DNA of 61,201 nucleotides, filler included, from Perkinsus olseni (GCA_013115125.1; 4 parts of 4 records of this genome joined end to end with filler, not necessarily neighbours in it), one strand, 5' to 3'; positions 1 to 12,819 are shown, counted from the whole stretch's first letter. Notes: generated by a model from the sequence alone, not told the origin. Numbers and translations: made by a program.

Positions 1-1289
1 GACGAACCCAAGAGACTTGAGGAAACAGAGCCCGGTCAACCCTTGGTCCGCAGGAAGATAGCGGGAGAGCAGACCCGACAGTGCCGGATATGTGCCGGTG
101 CAGCCGATGCGGCAGAAGGGGAGGGTAACACTACTAGGGTTATGCGTGCCAGGCGCGGAGGGTGTACAGTGCACGGGTCGTCGTGACAGGGACGCGGAGC
201 CGTGAATCGGGAGATGTCCTAGGGTGGATCCCGAGTCCACTCGGGTTTCGATCGGGCGGACCGTCCGAAGTAAGAGTACGCGACGAGAACGAGGCGGCCT
301 GTCACAGGATCAAGGCAAAAGAAGCCTCGAGACCTCTAGGGGGCAGGTCCTTGAGAACCTCAGATCCCCTTGAGGCCCGTGACGTGACCACTAGGGCGGT
401 CCCAGAGCAGAAGAAATGCAAGACAGAGAGCCAGAGTAAAGCGTACGAGCTGAAAGATGGTAAGTACTGATCCCCGCAGGGTAAGGAAGCAGACGCATCG
501 CGCGCGACGCAGGAGGAGTAACAGCGAAGGGGAGCCGAGGAGCAGGCCAGCTAGTAGATGCGAATCGGATAGAGGGTGCCACCCACTAGCCCACTGGGAG
601 GGGTCGGGGACAAGATAGCGGCAAAGCCGCTGAAGGTGTACGTGAGTAGAGTAACGAGCGGAGCTAATGCGGCCGATGCCCCCTCGAAGGGATTCCCAAG
701 ACCGCAAGAGAGGGAGGATGTGCCACGAAAGGCGTAGAGGCGTGTACTAAGGTGGTATTACGAACCCCCGGGCCTGGGGGCCCCGGGAAGGAGTTGTCCC
801 TCGAAAAGGGAACTTCCCTCAGGGAGCAACTAGGCCGAAGCAGACGTGTAGTAGGGGCGTAAGCAGGGAAGGAGAGAACCACGGCTTGGCGGGATCCCCG
901 CCGAGAAACCGAGCAGCCGATAAGGCGCTCAAGGCCAAGCGAGGGAGCCTGGGAACCGCACGTCCGGAAGGCGGGAAACGTCCGCCGGGAACGTCGGGAC
1001 GAAGAGGAAGGCGGCGGCGGGCGCGCCGCAGCGTGTAGGCCGGCGAGGGAAAAAAGGTTGTGCTCCATCAGCAGTAGTGCACCCGTGAAACACAGAACCG
1101 CTGGGCATGTCGCTGCAGGAGGTGGCCAGCTTGCAAAGTTACAGGAGAACAGACTATAATACGGCGCGAAGGAAGTTCCCACAACGTGCGGAGAGTGGTG
1201 GCACAACACTGGGAACGTTGGGATCTGGCGAGTCCCAGAGCACAGAGCCCCGTAGCATGAGGTACGGCGCCACCGTGACGGCGGTCCAA

Positions 1290-1670
1290 GCCTCGAGTTA
1301 GTCGAGTCGAGTACAGACGGAGGCGCTGAGAAACAAGCATTGAGGAGAAGAGCACGGATCGTGCACGAGGGGGAGGGAAGCCAGAGTGGCGGGTAAACGT
1401 GACAGCGGGCCACTGGCAAAGCACGAGGGAGCGTGGTAGTGTGCAAGGCCCGACTCCTAGGCAAGGCGCAAGGAGTGGTCCTAGCCTCGAGTACGGGCGG
1501 AGGCGCCAGGGATCCTGGCCCAGGGGACACGCGCCGGGGAGAGGAGCACGGGGCGCGCACGAGTATGAGGGGAGCCAGAGGGGCACGTGAACGTGACAGC
1601 GTGCCACTGGCAAAGCACGAGGGGGCGGGGAAGTGTGCAAGGCACGACACCTGTGCAAGGCGCAAGGAGT
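1290..1670. repeat. Two diverged tandem copies of a ~195-bp unit
   Basis: AGCCAGAG..AACGTGACAGCG.GCCACTGGCAAAGCACGAGGG..GTGTGCAAGGC..GCAAGGCGCAAGGAGTG occurs at ~1380-1478 and ~1572-1670. Confidence 0.75.
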
Positions 1671-2033
1671 GACGGAGGCAGTGGAGCAAGGCGCGACTCA
1701 ACCGCAAAGGGAGTCGCAGGCCCAGCTCGGCGCGTTGTAGAAACTGTCTAGGACGCCCTGTCTACGAGAGAGGGAGCAGAAAGTCTACAGCGCACCCGAC
1801 AACAGAGTGTCCGACACCAACTCGCCAGTTGAAGAAGGGGTCAGCCGCCCCGCCGGACGTGAACGGCGTAGTCGGGCGGTTCTGGGAAGACGTTGCCGTG
1901 AACCACATCGCGATTCTTGTCTCCCGAGTAGCCGCAGAAGCAAACCCAGCGGACAAACCGTCCCGAGGCGAAGCTGGGGAGTGCTGCACGGGTGCATGCG
2001 TGGGAGCCACGGGCGGGAGGCGGGTAGCACGGC

Positions 2034-2238
2034 AGGAGGGAGGCAGAGTGTGCCAAAGGGGAGCGTGAGAGTCCCGAGAGTCGTGAGAGACTGCAGGTGA
2101 GGGCGGTAACACGCCAGGAGGGAGGCAGAGAGTGCCAAATGGGAGCGTGAGAGTCCCGAGAGCCGTGAGAGACGGCAGGTGAGGGAGAGCCAAATGGGAG
2201 CGTGAGAGTCCCGAGAGCCCCAGGTGAGGGAGAGCCCC
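2034..2238. repeat. About 3 imperfect tandem copies of a 45-82-bp unit
   Basis: CCAAA(T/G)GGGAGCGTGAGAGTCCCGAGAG...CAGGTGAGGG appears three times. Confidence 0.8.
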
Positions 2239-2804
2239 AAGGATGAGAGGGCGGCGGAGCAAGGTGAACTCAACCTGGCGGGAGCTGCAAACCGAGCTCG
2301 TGTCCGGAGCGACGTAGGTCAAAAACATCGACAGGACACCCGGCACTACCGTGCCAGACGCTGACCTCTCACGATGAACGGCTCGGTGACGTACCCCGCC
2401 TCGCACGCATACACACGATTGTCTCCTGCGGCGGACTACCGTGGATTTTCCTTCGACACACAGAGTGTATCGATTACTTTAACTATTCTAGCCTGAAAGT
2501 TGTTTGGGCTTCTGACTTGGATGAGCTCGTGCTTCAGCAGATGTGCCTAGAATCTCCGAGGGTCAGTTATTGGTATCCCTTCGGATAATGCACAGTGTAA
2601 TCCGTCCTGAACTCTACTCGGCCTCATTGGGTGAACATTTGGTGACCAAACTCCGCGGTCACTTTTTAAAAGTGACAGAAAGTTTCCAAACTTTGGTCGG
2701 AAAATGATGCGTATGCTATAAGTTACGCGCTTTTTCAGTTTCGAACTGTTGGAATCGAACATCGAATATGCTTTGTAAATAGCAAGTTATCTTTTCCGAA
2801 CCCG

Positions 2805-3420
2805 ATGTGCAACACGGTGCAGTTGCTGTACTACATTCTCGGCTGCTCAGTCATGGACGTAATCGCCTCGAGCGCCAAGCCAGTACACTTTTACAAAGAG
2901 ATGAACTTCCCGTGGGACAAAAGCGGCGGGAAAGCACTGGCCGATTTGGGTCGACCTGAGATCTTCAATAAGGCGAATTTCCTGAAAAGTGCCGAAGAGT
3001 TCATCAAACGTTATCCTGTCGATGGTTTTCGGCTGCAAGTGTCGTTCGTTCGGCTACACTCAAGCGTAACACTGATGAGAGAAATGCTCAACATTACGAG
3101 GGCGTTGGGCCTGGAGACTGCATTGAAGTGTTCCGTTCAACGCGCCGCGTGATCGCATCATGATCTACGCAGTAACTATGGCAGAGATGCTGTCATGCTC
3201 GTTCTCTTCCAGGTCTACTTTCAGGTTCATGAGTGACGACTGGCGAATCATAAAGAAGGAGGGTTTGGGAGCGATCGCGAACGCCTACTTCGAAACTTTG
3301 TTGCCGTCCTGTAATGAATCTAAACCCCCCTTCAACTCAAATCCGTTCGCAGAGGAGGTCATCACCCGCGCTACCAGGCTGGCGTTCACCCCAACACGTT
3401 CGTCCCCAACCTCTCCGCGG
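2805..3420 (+). pseudogene. Truncated, internally deleted GH18 chitinase-like paralog of 9753-11057
   Basis: MCNTVQLLYYILGCSVMDVIA..FPWD|KSGGKALADLG..YPVDGFRL..LGLETALK and KKEGLGAIANAYF..PSCNESKPPFNS align with the 9753 copy. About 200 nt are missing after FPWD and the 3' end is lost. Confidence 0.75.
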
Positions 3421-3918
3421 CGCGGAGGTCTCCGTCTCGAAAACAGGAAGAAAATTCTTGTTGCTTTATGTGGTTTACTTACACTCAACTTGAAGCTCCA
3501 AGCAGGAAACTGTACCATCATGAAGGGTACCGAATTGATTTTGGATACATATTCCGAGCTGCGGAAGAGCAGCGAGCTCAACGCTGCGTCGAAGCAGAGC
3601 GTGGACTTGAGGTGGGGACAGACCCTTATATTGATGTCGGTGATACACTGAGTCATCACTCAGGAAGCACAGGGTTTTGGAGGAGCGGGATTTTATTGTG
3701 TTACTGAATCCGAGGCGATGGCAGAGTTGCAAGCGCTGGCAGCGAGCTGCTCACTCTCAATTCAAGGAGCCGATCTCTAAGTATATCGATATGCATCCAA
3801 ATGATGGGTTGAAGATAGGAGATGCTATGGAGACAGCTGGCAACTTGGTGAGTCCAATTGGTGCACACATAGCCTCGTTGGTCTAGGAAGTTCACGGGCG
3901 GATTCTCATGCAGGTTAG

Positions 3919-5950
3919 TTGTTGATGGGTCGCCGATCTCGTAGCGGCATTAATGTGACATTAATAATGTCTGGAAGCACGTGCATAAGGGTGATGATAT
4001 ATGTGTGTGCCGCCTCTGTGGGAAAGATGCACTTGAAGCTAACGCGACTCGCTGGGAGAAGCACTTGCGGGAGGATCACGCGGACGAGCTTGGCATTACT
4101 CCTTAGAAGAAGAAGAATATATATTCCCCGTATCTCGTCCAGCCAGTCCTCGGTGACGACGAGACCACCGGTATCCTGTCAGATCCCAAGCCCATCGAGG
4201 CCCCTCTTTCCACAAGACATGTCGTACCTTGTGCGCGCCGATGCTGAGAGGAGCGGTGATGAAGATGTCCGATCTCCTATCCCCCGGCAGGCAACGGTGG
4301 TTCTCTCTGATTCTCCTGAGCAACGAAGACTCTCCAAGTCAAAGCCGAGTTCTAATCCTCAGAGGTCGAGCGACGGTAAAGGTGGGAGAACACAAGCCGG
4401 CAGCTACCAGGTGTGGGCTCCTTTGATTCCGAAGAAAATGGCTATGTATTTCAATATGCGCTTCGTTGAAGTAGCCATGGCTATGGGTTGGAATCTCCAA
4501 ACTCTTCTCGACCCCGTGGTTTACCGTACCCTTGCGACTTTGCGTCCGAACATGCTCATCTTCAAGCCGGACTATGATGAACTGGATAGGCTGCAGAGGA
4601 AGGTCTTGGCCGAGACCTATGCCCGCCTCTCGCTTTATCTGACTGAATGCAGTAAGGTCTTCGTCATTATCGGTGCTCGGCCTATAGCACCATTGAGTAC
4701 GGAAGGTGATCGCTTTCGCTTCGTGTGCTGCCTGGCAAACCTCGAGGGGCGCCTCTTCCCGTGGAGGGGAAAGACCGTCAGGGTCTCTGACAACGACAAC
4801 CCCACTTCCGATATTCCGGCCCTCGTTGGGAAATTCTTCGTCGATGACTGCCTGCGTGGAATACAAGCATGTGAGTCATCCTTAGCTGCTGCTGGCGTTA
4901 GTGAATAAGCACTAGCTCGTCATTTCTCAGGCAATGTGAGAATCTTGGTGTTGTGGGCCTGCTCGGGCGAGGATCACAGCAGCTCTGCGCCCATCCAGTG
5001 AACATACCATCGATGTCCCGTGCTTTCGGTGGTGCCTAACACGCATTGTCACAAAGCTGTTCGGGAATGCGGGGCCAGCGGCATTATCTCGCCCAGGCGA
5101 ATTTCACGAGTGTTTGGCCACATATATGAAGCTGAGACAGTCAATTAATACGTTCAAGAGTACGGGCATTCAAGTGCCTAGCCCTCTAAAGAGGTGGAGA
5201 GAGCTCGAAAAGGACCATCCTTTCGGGTGCTTGGCAAGCATCAGAGATATGCTGGATAATTGGCGTGGGTATCCGAGGTTTCTGGGTACGCTCAGAGTGG
5301 ATCGTTGGCACGAGTAAGTGATGATGGCCGACTGTCTTTAGTTTAGTATGACTGAGTTCCTCAGTGTGTCGGCCCCAGTGCGTGCGTTACACGCTGATCT
5401 GGTATCCATCCTAGAAGACGCATCTCTGCAAGCCAGAATTCAGAAGGGATCCGAGGTCCTAGGATCCCTCTCCTCCCTGCTGAAGGACATCGTCGCTGAG
5501 GATTGCTGTCTATTGCTGTCTCTTGGTCGCGGTGCGCAAGGTTGAAGAACTCATCGGTAAATTCCGTGGCGACCCGGACCTCAGTCGTGAGACAAAAAAA
5601 AGATAATCGAATCGTAAGCAGAGCATCAGCCATTGAGTGGGTTTTACCCTGAAGTTTGGTCACCGAGCTAGCCTTTTTAGGTTGAAAACAATGCTCGGGC
5701 CTCACCGGTTGGCTGGCCTATTTGACCCAGCAAGGAGACTCTTGTGACGAGAGCGAATCCGAGCGGATCCATCAAGCAGGCTCTGGAGCTTGTCCGCTTG
5801 CATGGAAGCAAGCTGGATATAAGCGCTGATGACGTAGCCAAGCATGTGGTCGACGAGTGGTCTTCGGAAGGAAAGGTGAGTGATCAGCTTCATTGAGCTA
5901 GCAGCATCTCTTTTCGCCAGGCGAGCATTCCAAGATTCCGGCGACGCTGC
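3919..5950 (+). mobile_element. Degenerate element: ORF (4218-4908) followed by a fragmented putative tyrosine recombinase
   Basis: Long ORF without a recognisable family, then broken frames reading IAVYCCLLVAVRKVEEL (box I-like RxxE) and WSTSGLRKE (box II-like). Layout resembles 59991-61089. Confidence 0.3.
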
Positions 5951-7350
5951 CAGCCGAGAGCTACTGGGAGTTTTTTCAACGACGAGATAGTTTGGGACGC
6001 TACCTGTATCTCGCAGCAGCGACGCACAGTTGTGTCTCTCCAGCAGATTCCATCACATGGGACCTTGATGGTTGGGGGAGGTGATATTCACAGCATGGCA
6101 TCGCGCAGTGTGGCTGACGGACAGAATAAATCCTGGAAAATTTTCTATCGAAAATTTTCGACAGAAAGAAAAGAAAAATAAGAAAAAATAGAAGATCGCT
6201 CCAAACTCCGAGACTCCCGGATCGGGAGTTCAGCTCCCCGGGCAGCGGACTATCTTTAGTATAGAGCTTTGACCTATCAAGCTGTCGGAACTCACATCTT
6301 AGCTGTCAGACACATGATTTGTCACGCATTTGTAATATTTGAAGTTTTCGGGAAATCATTCAAGCAAGAACAGAATATTATTGGAAAAAGTCATGGCATC
6401 GACGCTAAAGGTGTAGCTGGGAGCTCCGCCGTACATAAGCCGGCTAGACCGCAATACGACGGCAGAAAAAAGCCATGAAAATACCCCAAATTCGCTCCAA
6501 AACAGCCATTTTTTCAATTTTTTCTTCGGGCGCGCGCTTTTCGCATTTGAACAGAAAAATAGATTCTGTTATTTGTTTGAAACCCGAACAGAAAGATGAA
6601 AATTTTCATTGTGTCAGCCACACTGGCATCGCGCTATTGGCAGAATTCGATTATAATAATAGATTTGATAGCTTAGCTATGGCAGCTAGCTCTATTATTA
6701 TGATTCATAATTCATGAAGCCAGTGCCTTACTCAGTGATGAAGACAGTGCCACATTCGAAGCTGTGATTGTCAAGTGGAAGCTCTCGCAACGGTCCGATG
6801 TATCCACCGAGCCGCCCGTTAAGGTGGGTGGAATCGCTCGCGGAGTGATTTCTGGACGTTTGTTTCGTTAGGACCAAGGCGACGGTACATGGGCCTTCTT
6901 CCGCTGGGCACCGTGGTTCGATTTTCCTGAACCCACTCCCGCGACAACGTCTTCGCGCAACCCTGCAGGCAGCTCAAGTGCTTCGTCTTCTCCGGCCCCT
7001 GAGGTGAGGGAGATGGTTGAAGTTGATGAAGTGTCAGAGACCGGTGCATCTTCCTCCGTCTCGAAGAACAATGCGGGTTGCAACGTAGACCCTCAGCACA
7101 TGCATGCGCAACTCACCCACAAGTTCTTGGCATTATTCCCCGATGGCGTCACCTGCAGTAACATGTATGAAGGTGAGTGGTATGGGGGGAAGATAATACC
7201 TTATCCGAGGAAGAAGAACTGCAAAGCCTACGAGATTCTAATAGAATCATTCTATATGATGACCTGAAGACTAAGAGTGACTACTATACGATTTATCAAC
7301 TTCGGAGTATGCTGAGGAAAGACGAGCTTAGGATTCCTGTATTGAGAACC

Positions 7351-7520
7351 TATTCTCGCGTTGGTGACCCTAGCTCGCCCGCTAAATTGCGCGATTCTGG
7401 TGATTAGTATTCTCACATTGGTGACTCTGGATGCCCACTAATTTGCACAGTTCTGGTAAGTAGTAATCTCGCGTTACTGACTCTAGCTCATCCGCTGATT
7501 CGCTTAATTCTGGTCGGTAG
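7351..7520. repeat. Three diverged tandem copies of a ~57-bp unit
   Basis: TA(T/A)TCTC.C.TT..TGAC.CT.G.....C.CT.A.T.GC....TTCTGGT...TAG units start at 7351, 7408 and 7464. Confidence 0.8.
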
Positions 7521-9752
7521 TAAGTAATTGCTCTAATTAACAACGCTCATCGAAATCGTGGACGCTGATGAGTTCTTCAGTTCGTTCAGATGTGGATCTC
7601 ATCATGAGATAGACTTCCTCCAAAGCATGACCTTGCAAATTTTTTGATGGACACTCCTGCGCGCCTCAGATCCAACGACGAGATCCATCGATTCCGTCGT
7701 TACGAGTGTCTAAATCTCCCGAATGTTTCAGTTATACTTCTGTCAGAACTATGGCACATCTCTATGCCTCTAATCATTGATTAGTGATCAATCACATCTC
7801 GCTCTTCATATTTCGGCCTTTTTCTTGAGTTTTTCTCTCTTTTTTGCCTTTTTTCGCAACATTTCCAATTTTTTCTATTTTTCCGGGGAAAAAAGAAAGA
7901 AAGAAAGAACGGCCACCTTTCTTGAGTTCTTCGGAGAAGAACTGAAGATCTAGCTGGTGGGCCATGATGGCCGGACAATCTGAGCCCACTGAGTGAATGG
8001 TTGTCAACGGACTGATGTTCAACTGAGGCAGTTCGCGCCGCAAGATTGCGTCCTGAATCCAGCTGACAACCATTCTGGTGACCCGGTTGGGACGGAGTAG
8101 AGCAGGTCCTGATTTTCATAAACACCATTCATGATGAAAGACTCATCAGGGAGATGAAGTTGTTCATAGTATGAACTTCATACTGATATCAACGCCGCGG
8201 AACTGTTATTCGCAACCCGCCCAGAGTAGACAATGACGATCAATAACGTCTGCACTATAACTCAGTACAGTGTGGCTGTTGAGACGGGGCTCAAAGAGAG
8301 GTAAAAACTGGACTCGAAAGAGGCTTGCTGATAATGTGGACTACAGCTTACTAGGCTTGAGCTTAGGACAGCACGTATACTCATGGACGCTAGTGCAAAG
8401 CGCAGAATAAGGTCAGATGGTTATCTGAGACTAATGATACGCAGCAGCAGTAAAGGTAAGTGTAGCGATGATAGTCTAACAGCTGAGTAGTGTTGAACCA
8501 GGCTGTGGCTGTAACATAGCGTACAGTATAGTAGTCACTACTGTGTGTTGTCACTATAGTGCACACGTCCTTGAAGCCGTGACGACAGATCTCGTCGGTG
8601 CTGATAACACCCAGTTATCGGACGCTACACATCTCGGAACTATTCTGCATCTTCTGAGCATACTACAATCGCAAGCATACATCCAAGCAACACGAAGGAG
8701 AGGATGAACCACGCTCCCTCACTCTGTATGCTGGTGACGTGGTCGCCCTGTCACCACGGGACAGTTCGTCCCAGACGAATCGTCTGGGCGGGTACGCTAC
8801 TCTGCCAACTACACAGCATGAGAACGATTCATGCTGCACCATTTGTCGGCCATTCATGGGTCTCTGCAGGCTGCGGGTCGCAGCCAGAACTCTCACTTCC
8901 GCAGCTTATCATGGAACTGAAGTAAGCCGTGTATATCTGACCAGGTTTCAGAGTCTTAGACGTACGTGCAGGGATGGGCGTTACGTTCATCATCCTTCAC
9001 GTAAGCTAGCTGCGCCTGACCGTTGTTTGCGCCTTTAATTTGGAATAAGCACGTTTTACATACAGTAGATCTGCCTAGACGTTCTGAACTGGGAGTCATT
9101 TATGGGTATGACTTCGGCATAGGCGCCAAAGTGCGATCTCACTGGGGAATGCAACTTTCCCAAATCGGACAGCCTCGACATGTCCCTGTTCATTGGGGAC
9201 CCCAATGAACAGGGACATGTCCAGGGTAGCCAAGGTTCCGGGCCCTTGTCTGGAACTTGACGAGACAGAAGTTGTTCGTGAACGCCGTAATGAATGACGC
9301 AGATGAATGAATACTCGAGTTCGTAGTAAGTGGGGAATTTCGTCAAAACGGGCATTCCCACCTACACGCGGACGTTCGTGCCTTTGTACACAGTTCAGGC
9401 CAAAGAGGGGGCAGCGCCCCCCCCCGAGCTTGGCAGTAGAGGGGGCATCTGCTCACTCTGCCCCCTATGTTTGGCGCCCATGGACTTCGGATAATGTATA
9501 GTATGGACGATCCTCAACTCAGCCTGATTGTGTGTTAGTTAGGCGGGAAGATAACGCTTATTCGACGAGTTATGTGTTTGAGGGAAAGACGCTCGCTGAC
9601 GACGGTTGGAGCTCTCATCGCTTCTCACTCCCCAACGCATCGTAGGAGCGTCACTGAGGTTCAACCATCGAGCCGTGTATTTCCAGTTTCGGGGCATCGA
9701 CGTTGAACACATTCTATTTTTGTTACTATCAGTTTATCTTCTTCGGACCCAC

Positions 9753-11057
9753 ATGATGTGGAACACCGTGCAGTTCGTGAACTACATTCTCGGCTGCTCC
9801 GTCATGGAGGCAATCGCCACAAACGCTGACCCAGTGCACTTCTATAAAGAGGTGAAGTTCCCATGGGACGTGAAAGAAGAGCCTAGATGCTCGAACAGTA
9901 CCCTTTGTCCGAAGCTCAACTACACCTGGCACTTCTACTTTGACCAGCTCCTCGCCATGGGGGTGAAGAATTATGTATTTGGTGGCTACGAGGTTACACG
10001 AAACAGCACAATTGAACTGTATTGGCCACCTGTTGCTCGCCCATGGAATAAGAAGCACTTCGAGTCTGTGAGGAGAAGAGTGAAGAAAAGAGGCGGGAAG
10101 ATACTGGCCGATTTGGGCTACGTTCTACCTGGCACCTTCAACAGGAAGGCTTTCCTCCACAGTGCCATAGACTTCACCAGGCGTTTTGCTATCGATGGCT
10201 TTCGGCTGGATGTGCCTTACTTCGGGCCACACTCGAGCTTACCAGCGACGAGGGAAATCCTCAGTATTACGAAGAAGTTGGGCCTGGAGACTGCATTGAA
10301 GTGAGACTCCCGCTTAGCTGGGGGTCTTCGCAGTAATTTTGGCTCGAGGCTGCGATACTGCCGATCTCGTTCTCTTCGAAGTTTGCTTTCAGGTTCTCAA
10401 CTGATGACTGGCAAAGCATGAAAAAGGAGGGCCTTGGAGCGATCGCGGATACCTATTTCGCAACGATTCGGCCGTCCTGCAATGAGTCCAAACCCCCCTT
10501 CAACTCAATTGCGTTCGCAGAAGAAGTCATCGCCCTCGCTACCCAGGCTGGCGTCCACCCCAGCACGTTCGTCCTCGAGGCAAGTGGCCACTACCGTAGT
10601 GGCACTACGGGATTTTTTTGTGATCGCCATCATTCATCGAGCATTGAGCAGTATCTCGAGAGTACAATGGCATCTTCAGCGGATGGCAACGATCATGATC
10701 ATCCTCAGATACCTCTCTTTGTTCCATATGGCATATGCAACGTCGCAGGCTATGGCTACTCCAACGCCATATATGATGAAGGACCTTCATCATAGGCCAC
10801 CTTCAGCCACCTTCATTGAAGGTGCGGATCCCAGAGGGAATGGGTCGATACTTTACTACAAGGGGAATCGTTTGAACCCCCCTGAGTACTTCTTCTCTCA
10901 ACCTCGTGCAGTTGAGAAGGTTGACTTGGCAGGCGAATACGGGCTTCACGGTATCATGCTTGAGGGGGGTGACGGTTTGACTGAAGAGCTGTATCCGTGG
11001 GATGAAGACTCTCTCTTACATGCTCTGGCCAGCAAGTTCAGATGGGGAAATGTATGA
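9753..11057 (+). pseudogene. GH18 chitinase-like protein (degenerate catalytic motif), ~3 exons, frameshifted by a 40-nt palindromic scar at 10776-10823
   Basis: FAIDGFRLDVPY (degenerate DGxDxDxEY), YFFSQPRAVEKVDLAGEYGLHGIML and LYPWDEDSLLHAL are GH18 barrel-like motifs. Introns at ~10301-10381 and ~10580-10709 (GC donor). Removing the scar restores YSNAIYDEGADPRGNG. Confidence 0.7.
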
Positions 11058-11574
11058 TATCCATAACAGGCCTCCTGCTGGCGTGTTTGTAGCCAACTCC
11101 GGCTTTCAACTTCATAATCTTTTCACCTTTCGGTGGAGAACTCGAACTTGTCGCTCGGGAAAAGCCAGTGTCGTTACCGTCTGCTGGCTCCAATGCGTAT
11201 CCGACAGCGGAGACAGCTCGTGCCTCTCTGTCATTCTCAGCGCACAGTGTACTTGCTGAAGGTATACGCCCTTTTTCACCCAAGCCGAAGGATGCCCGCC
11301 TTTTTCACCTAGGCTCGTCGTTCAAGGCTCCGGTTTTCGGTATCATTGGCGCCTCGTGTTCGTAAGAAGGGTACCCACAAAACCGTCAAACCGAGCATTC
11401 GCTGGGTGCTGTTCAGTTCATGGGGAGCTCGCTCGGTGAGGTTTCAAATAACCTGGAGGGTTCCCGGGGGGGGCTCGCGGGGGGCCCAGGGAGTCTCCCT
11501 CACTTGTTCATATCAAGAAGTTTACCTTCCGAAGGTGAGATAAGGACTGCTGAAGGGATATGAGGACGCGATTC

Positions 11575-12100
11575 GCGTCCTCTTGGCCTACGGCCTACGA
11601 GTCCGGGCTTCACGGTATCATGCTTCAAGGAGGTCATCTTTGGGCTCAAGAATTATATCCATGGGATGAAAACTCCCTCTTACGTGCCCTGGCCGAGAAG
11701 TTAGATGCGTTAATGTACGATATCCATAACATGCCTCCTGCTGGCGTGTTTTTAGCCAGTTGAGACTTACAACTTCACAGTCTTTTCACCTTTCGGTGCA
11801 ACGCTCAGGGTGGTTGTCCTTTAGAGGAACATGCTTCGCTACGGTCGGTTAGTTCCGGTAGCAGCGTTGGATGTTGTCCCTTGCCTCCCTGCTCATTTTC
11901 AACCCGCAGTGTACTTACTAAGGTACTTACTACTTGTTACTAACAAGTTGTTACCCGGGCCGGACCATGTGACATGGTCCATGTCTGCCTTTTTCACGAA
12001 GACTTATTGTTCAAGCCTTTGGTATTTGGTATAATTGACGCGTCGTGTTTGCAAGACGGGATATCACCAAAGCCATCAAACAGGGCACCCGCTGGGCGCT
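11575..12100 (+). pseudogene. Third, 3'-only copy of the chitinase-like gene plus its duplicated downstream flank
   Basis: GLHGIMLQGGHLWAQELYPWDENSLLRALAEKL matches the end of the 9753 copy. The following ~380 nt align with 11050-11410. Confidence 0.75.
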
Positions 12101-12503
12101 ATCTATGCCAGGTTTTCGAAGGTTTGCCCGGATTCGAGAATAATACCTTTTCTCGCGACATTCTTGGGATACTCTCGCAAACCTGCTACGCTGCCTAGTC
12201 TCTCTCATGGTTCCAAGATGGTACCTGATGGTACCTCTCTCGAGGTATCCACAGGCATCTGCATGTGTATTACACATGCAGATGCCTGTGGATACCTCCA
12301 TATACCTACATATTACACTTTGTGTAATGTGTAGTCGTGGGCATTGGACCCTTTTGCCTTTCGGAGCGGGAACGGCTTTTTTAGGCGATTTGGTTAAGTC
12401 TACTGTTTACCACGTATGTGGCACGGGTTCTAATCTTCCTTACGGAATTCTAGCTACCGAAATAACTCCAGCACAAACTTGCCGCGATTTGCGTGAGGAG
12501 GCA

Positions 12504-12810
12504 GCTGAACCGAATAACACTGTACGAATAAAGCTTGTACCGCTGGATACTGTACGAATGGTCAGTGTACGGCTGGATACTGTACGACGTGTCACTGTAT
12601 CTGTGGATACTGTACTGAACGAAACTGTATCGCTAGAAACTGTACGAACTGTCACTGCACGACTCATCACTGTACGGCTTGAAACTGTACGAGATACTCC
12701 TGTATGAATGAAAGGTGTACCGAATAAAGCCTGTATGAATGAAAGGTGTACCGAATAAAGCCTGTACGAACCCGAGGGTGTACCAGTTGTCACTGTACCA
12801 GTTGCCACTC
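12504..12810. repeat. Array of ~20 degenerate 15-bp units (core ACTGTAC); resembles subterminal repeats of Foldback/Mutator-type elements
   Basis: ACTGTACGAATAAAG CTTGTACCGCTGGAT ACTGTACGAATGGTC AGTGTACGGCTGGAT ACTGTACGACGTGTC ... keeps a ~15-nt period, and includes a 31-bp perfect internal duplication at ~12700-12765. Confidence 0.8.
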
Positions 12811-12819
12811 ACCCTTCAC

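Larger units (their letters stand above)
1..2406 (-). mobile_element. Decayed, GC-rich, strand-skewed element; possibly the 5' ORF of a non-LTR retrotransposon with C2H2-like fingers
   Basis: Broken minus-strand frames give Cys/His motifs (WVCFCGYSGDKNRDVVH; CYGALCSGTRQIPTFPVLCHHSPH; HIRHCRVC), with strong purine skew and internal tandem duplications. No RT motif is visible in the window. Confidence 0.25.

Noticed and set aside
664-1707. 347-aa ORF and overlapping ORFs
   Set aside because: Low-complexity GC-rich repeats with few stops and no coherent protein in a single frame.
11633-11650. CATCTTTGGGCTCAAG resembling a spliced-leader 3' end
   Set aside because: It lies in frame within the chitinase-like coding remnant (GHLWAQE) and aligns with the paralog; coincidental.
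12242-12298. Long hairpins as miRNA precursors or intrinsic terminators
   Set aside because: They have 1-nt centres, no U-tract and unrelated sequences, and several obey the same 8-mer rule as the short scars.
12504-12810. CRISPR-like repeat/spacer appearance
   Set aside because: The period is only 15 bp with a ~6-nt core, there are no cas genes, and the context is eukaryotic.
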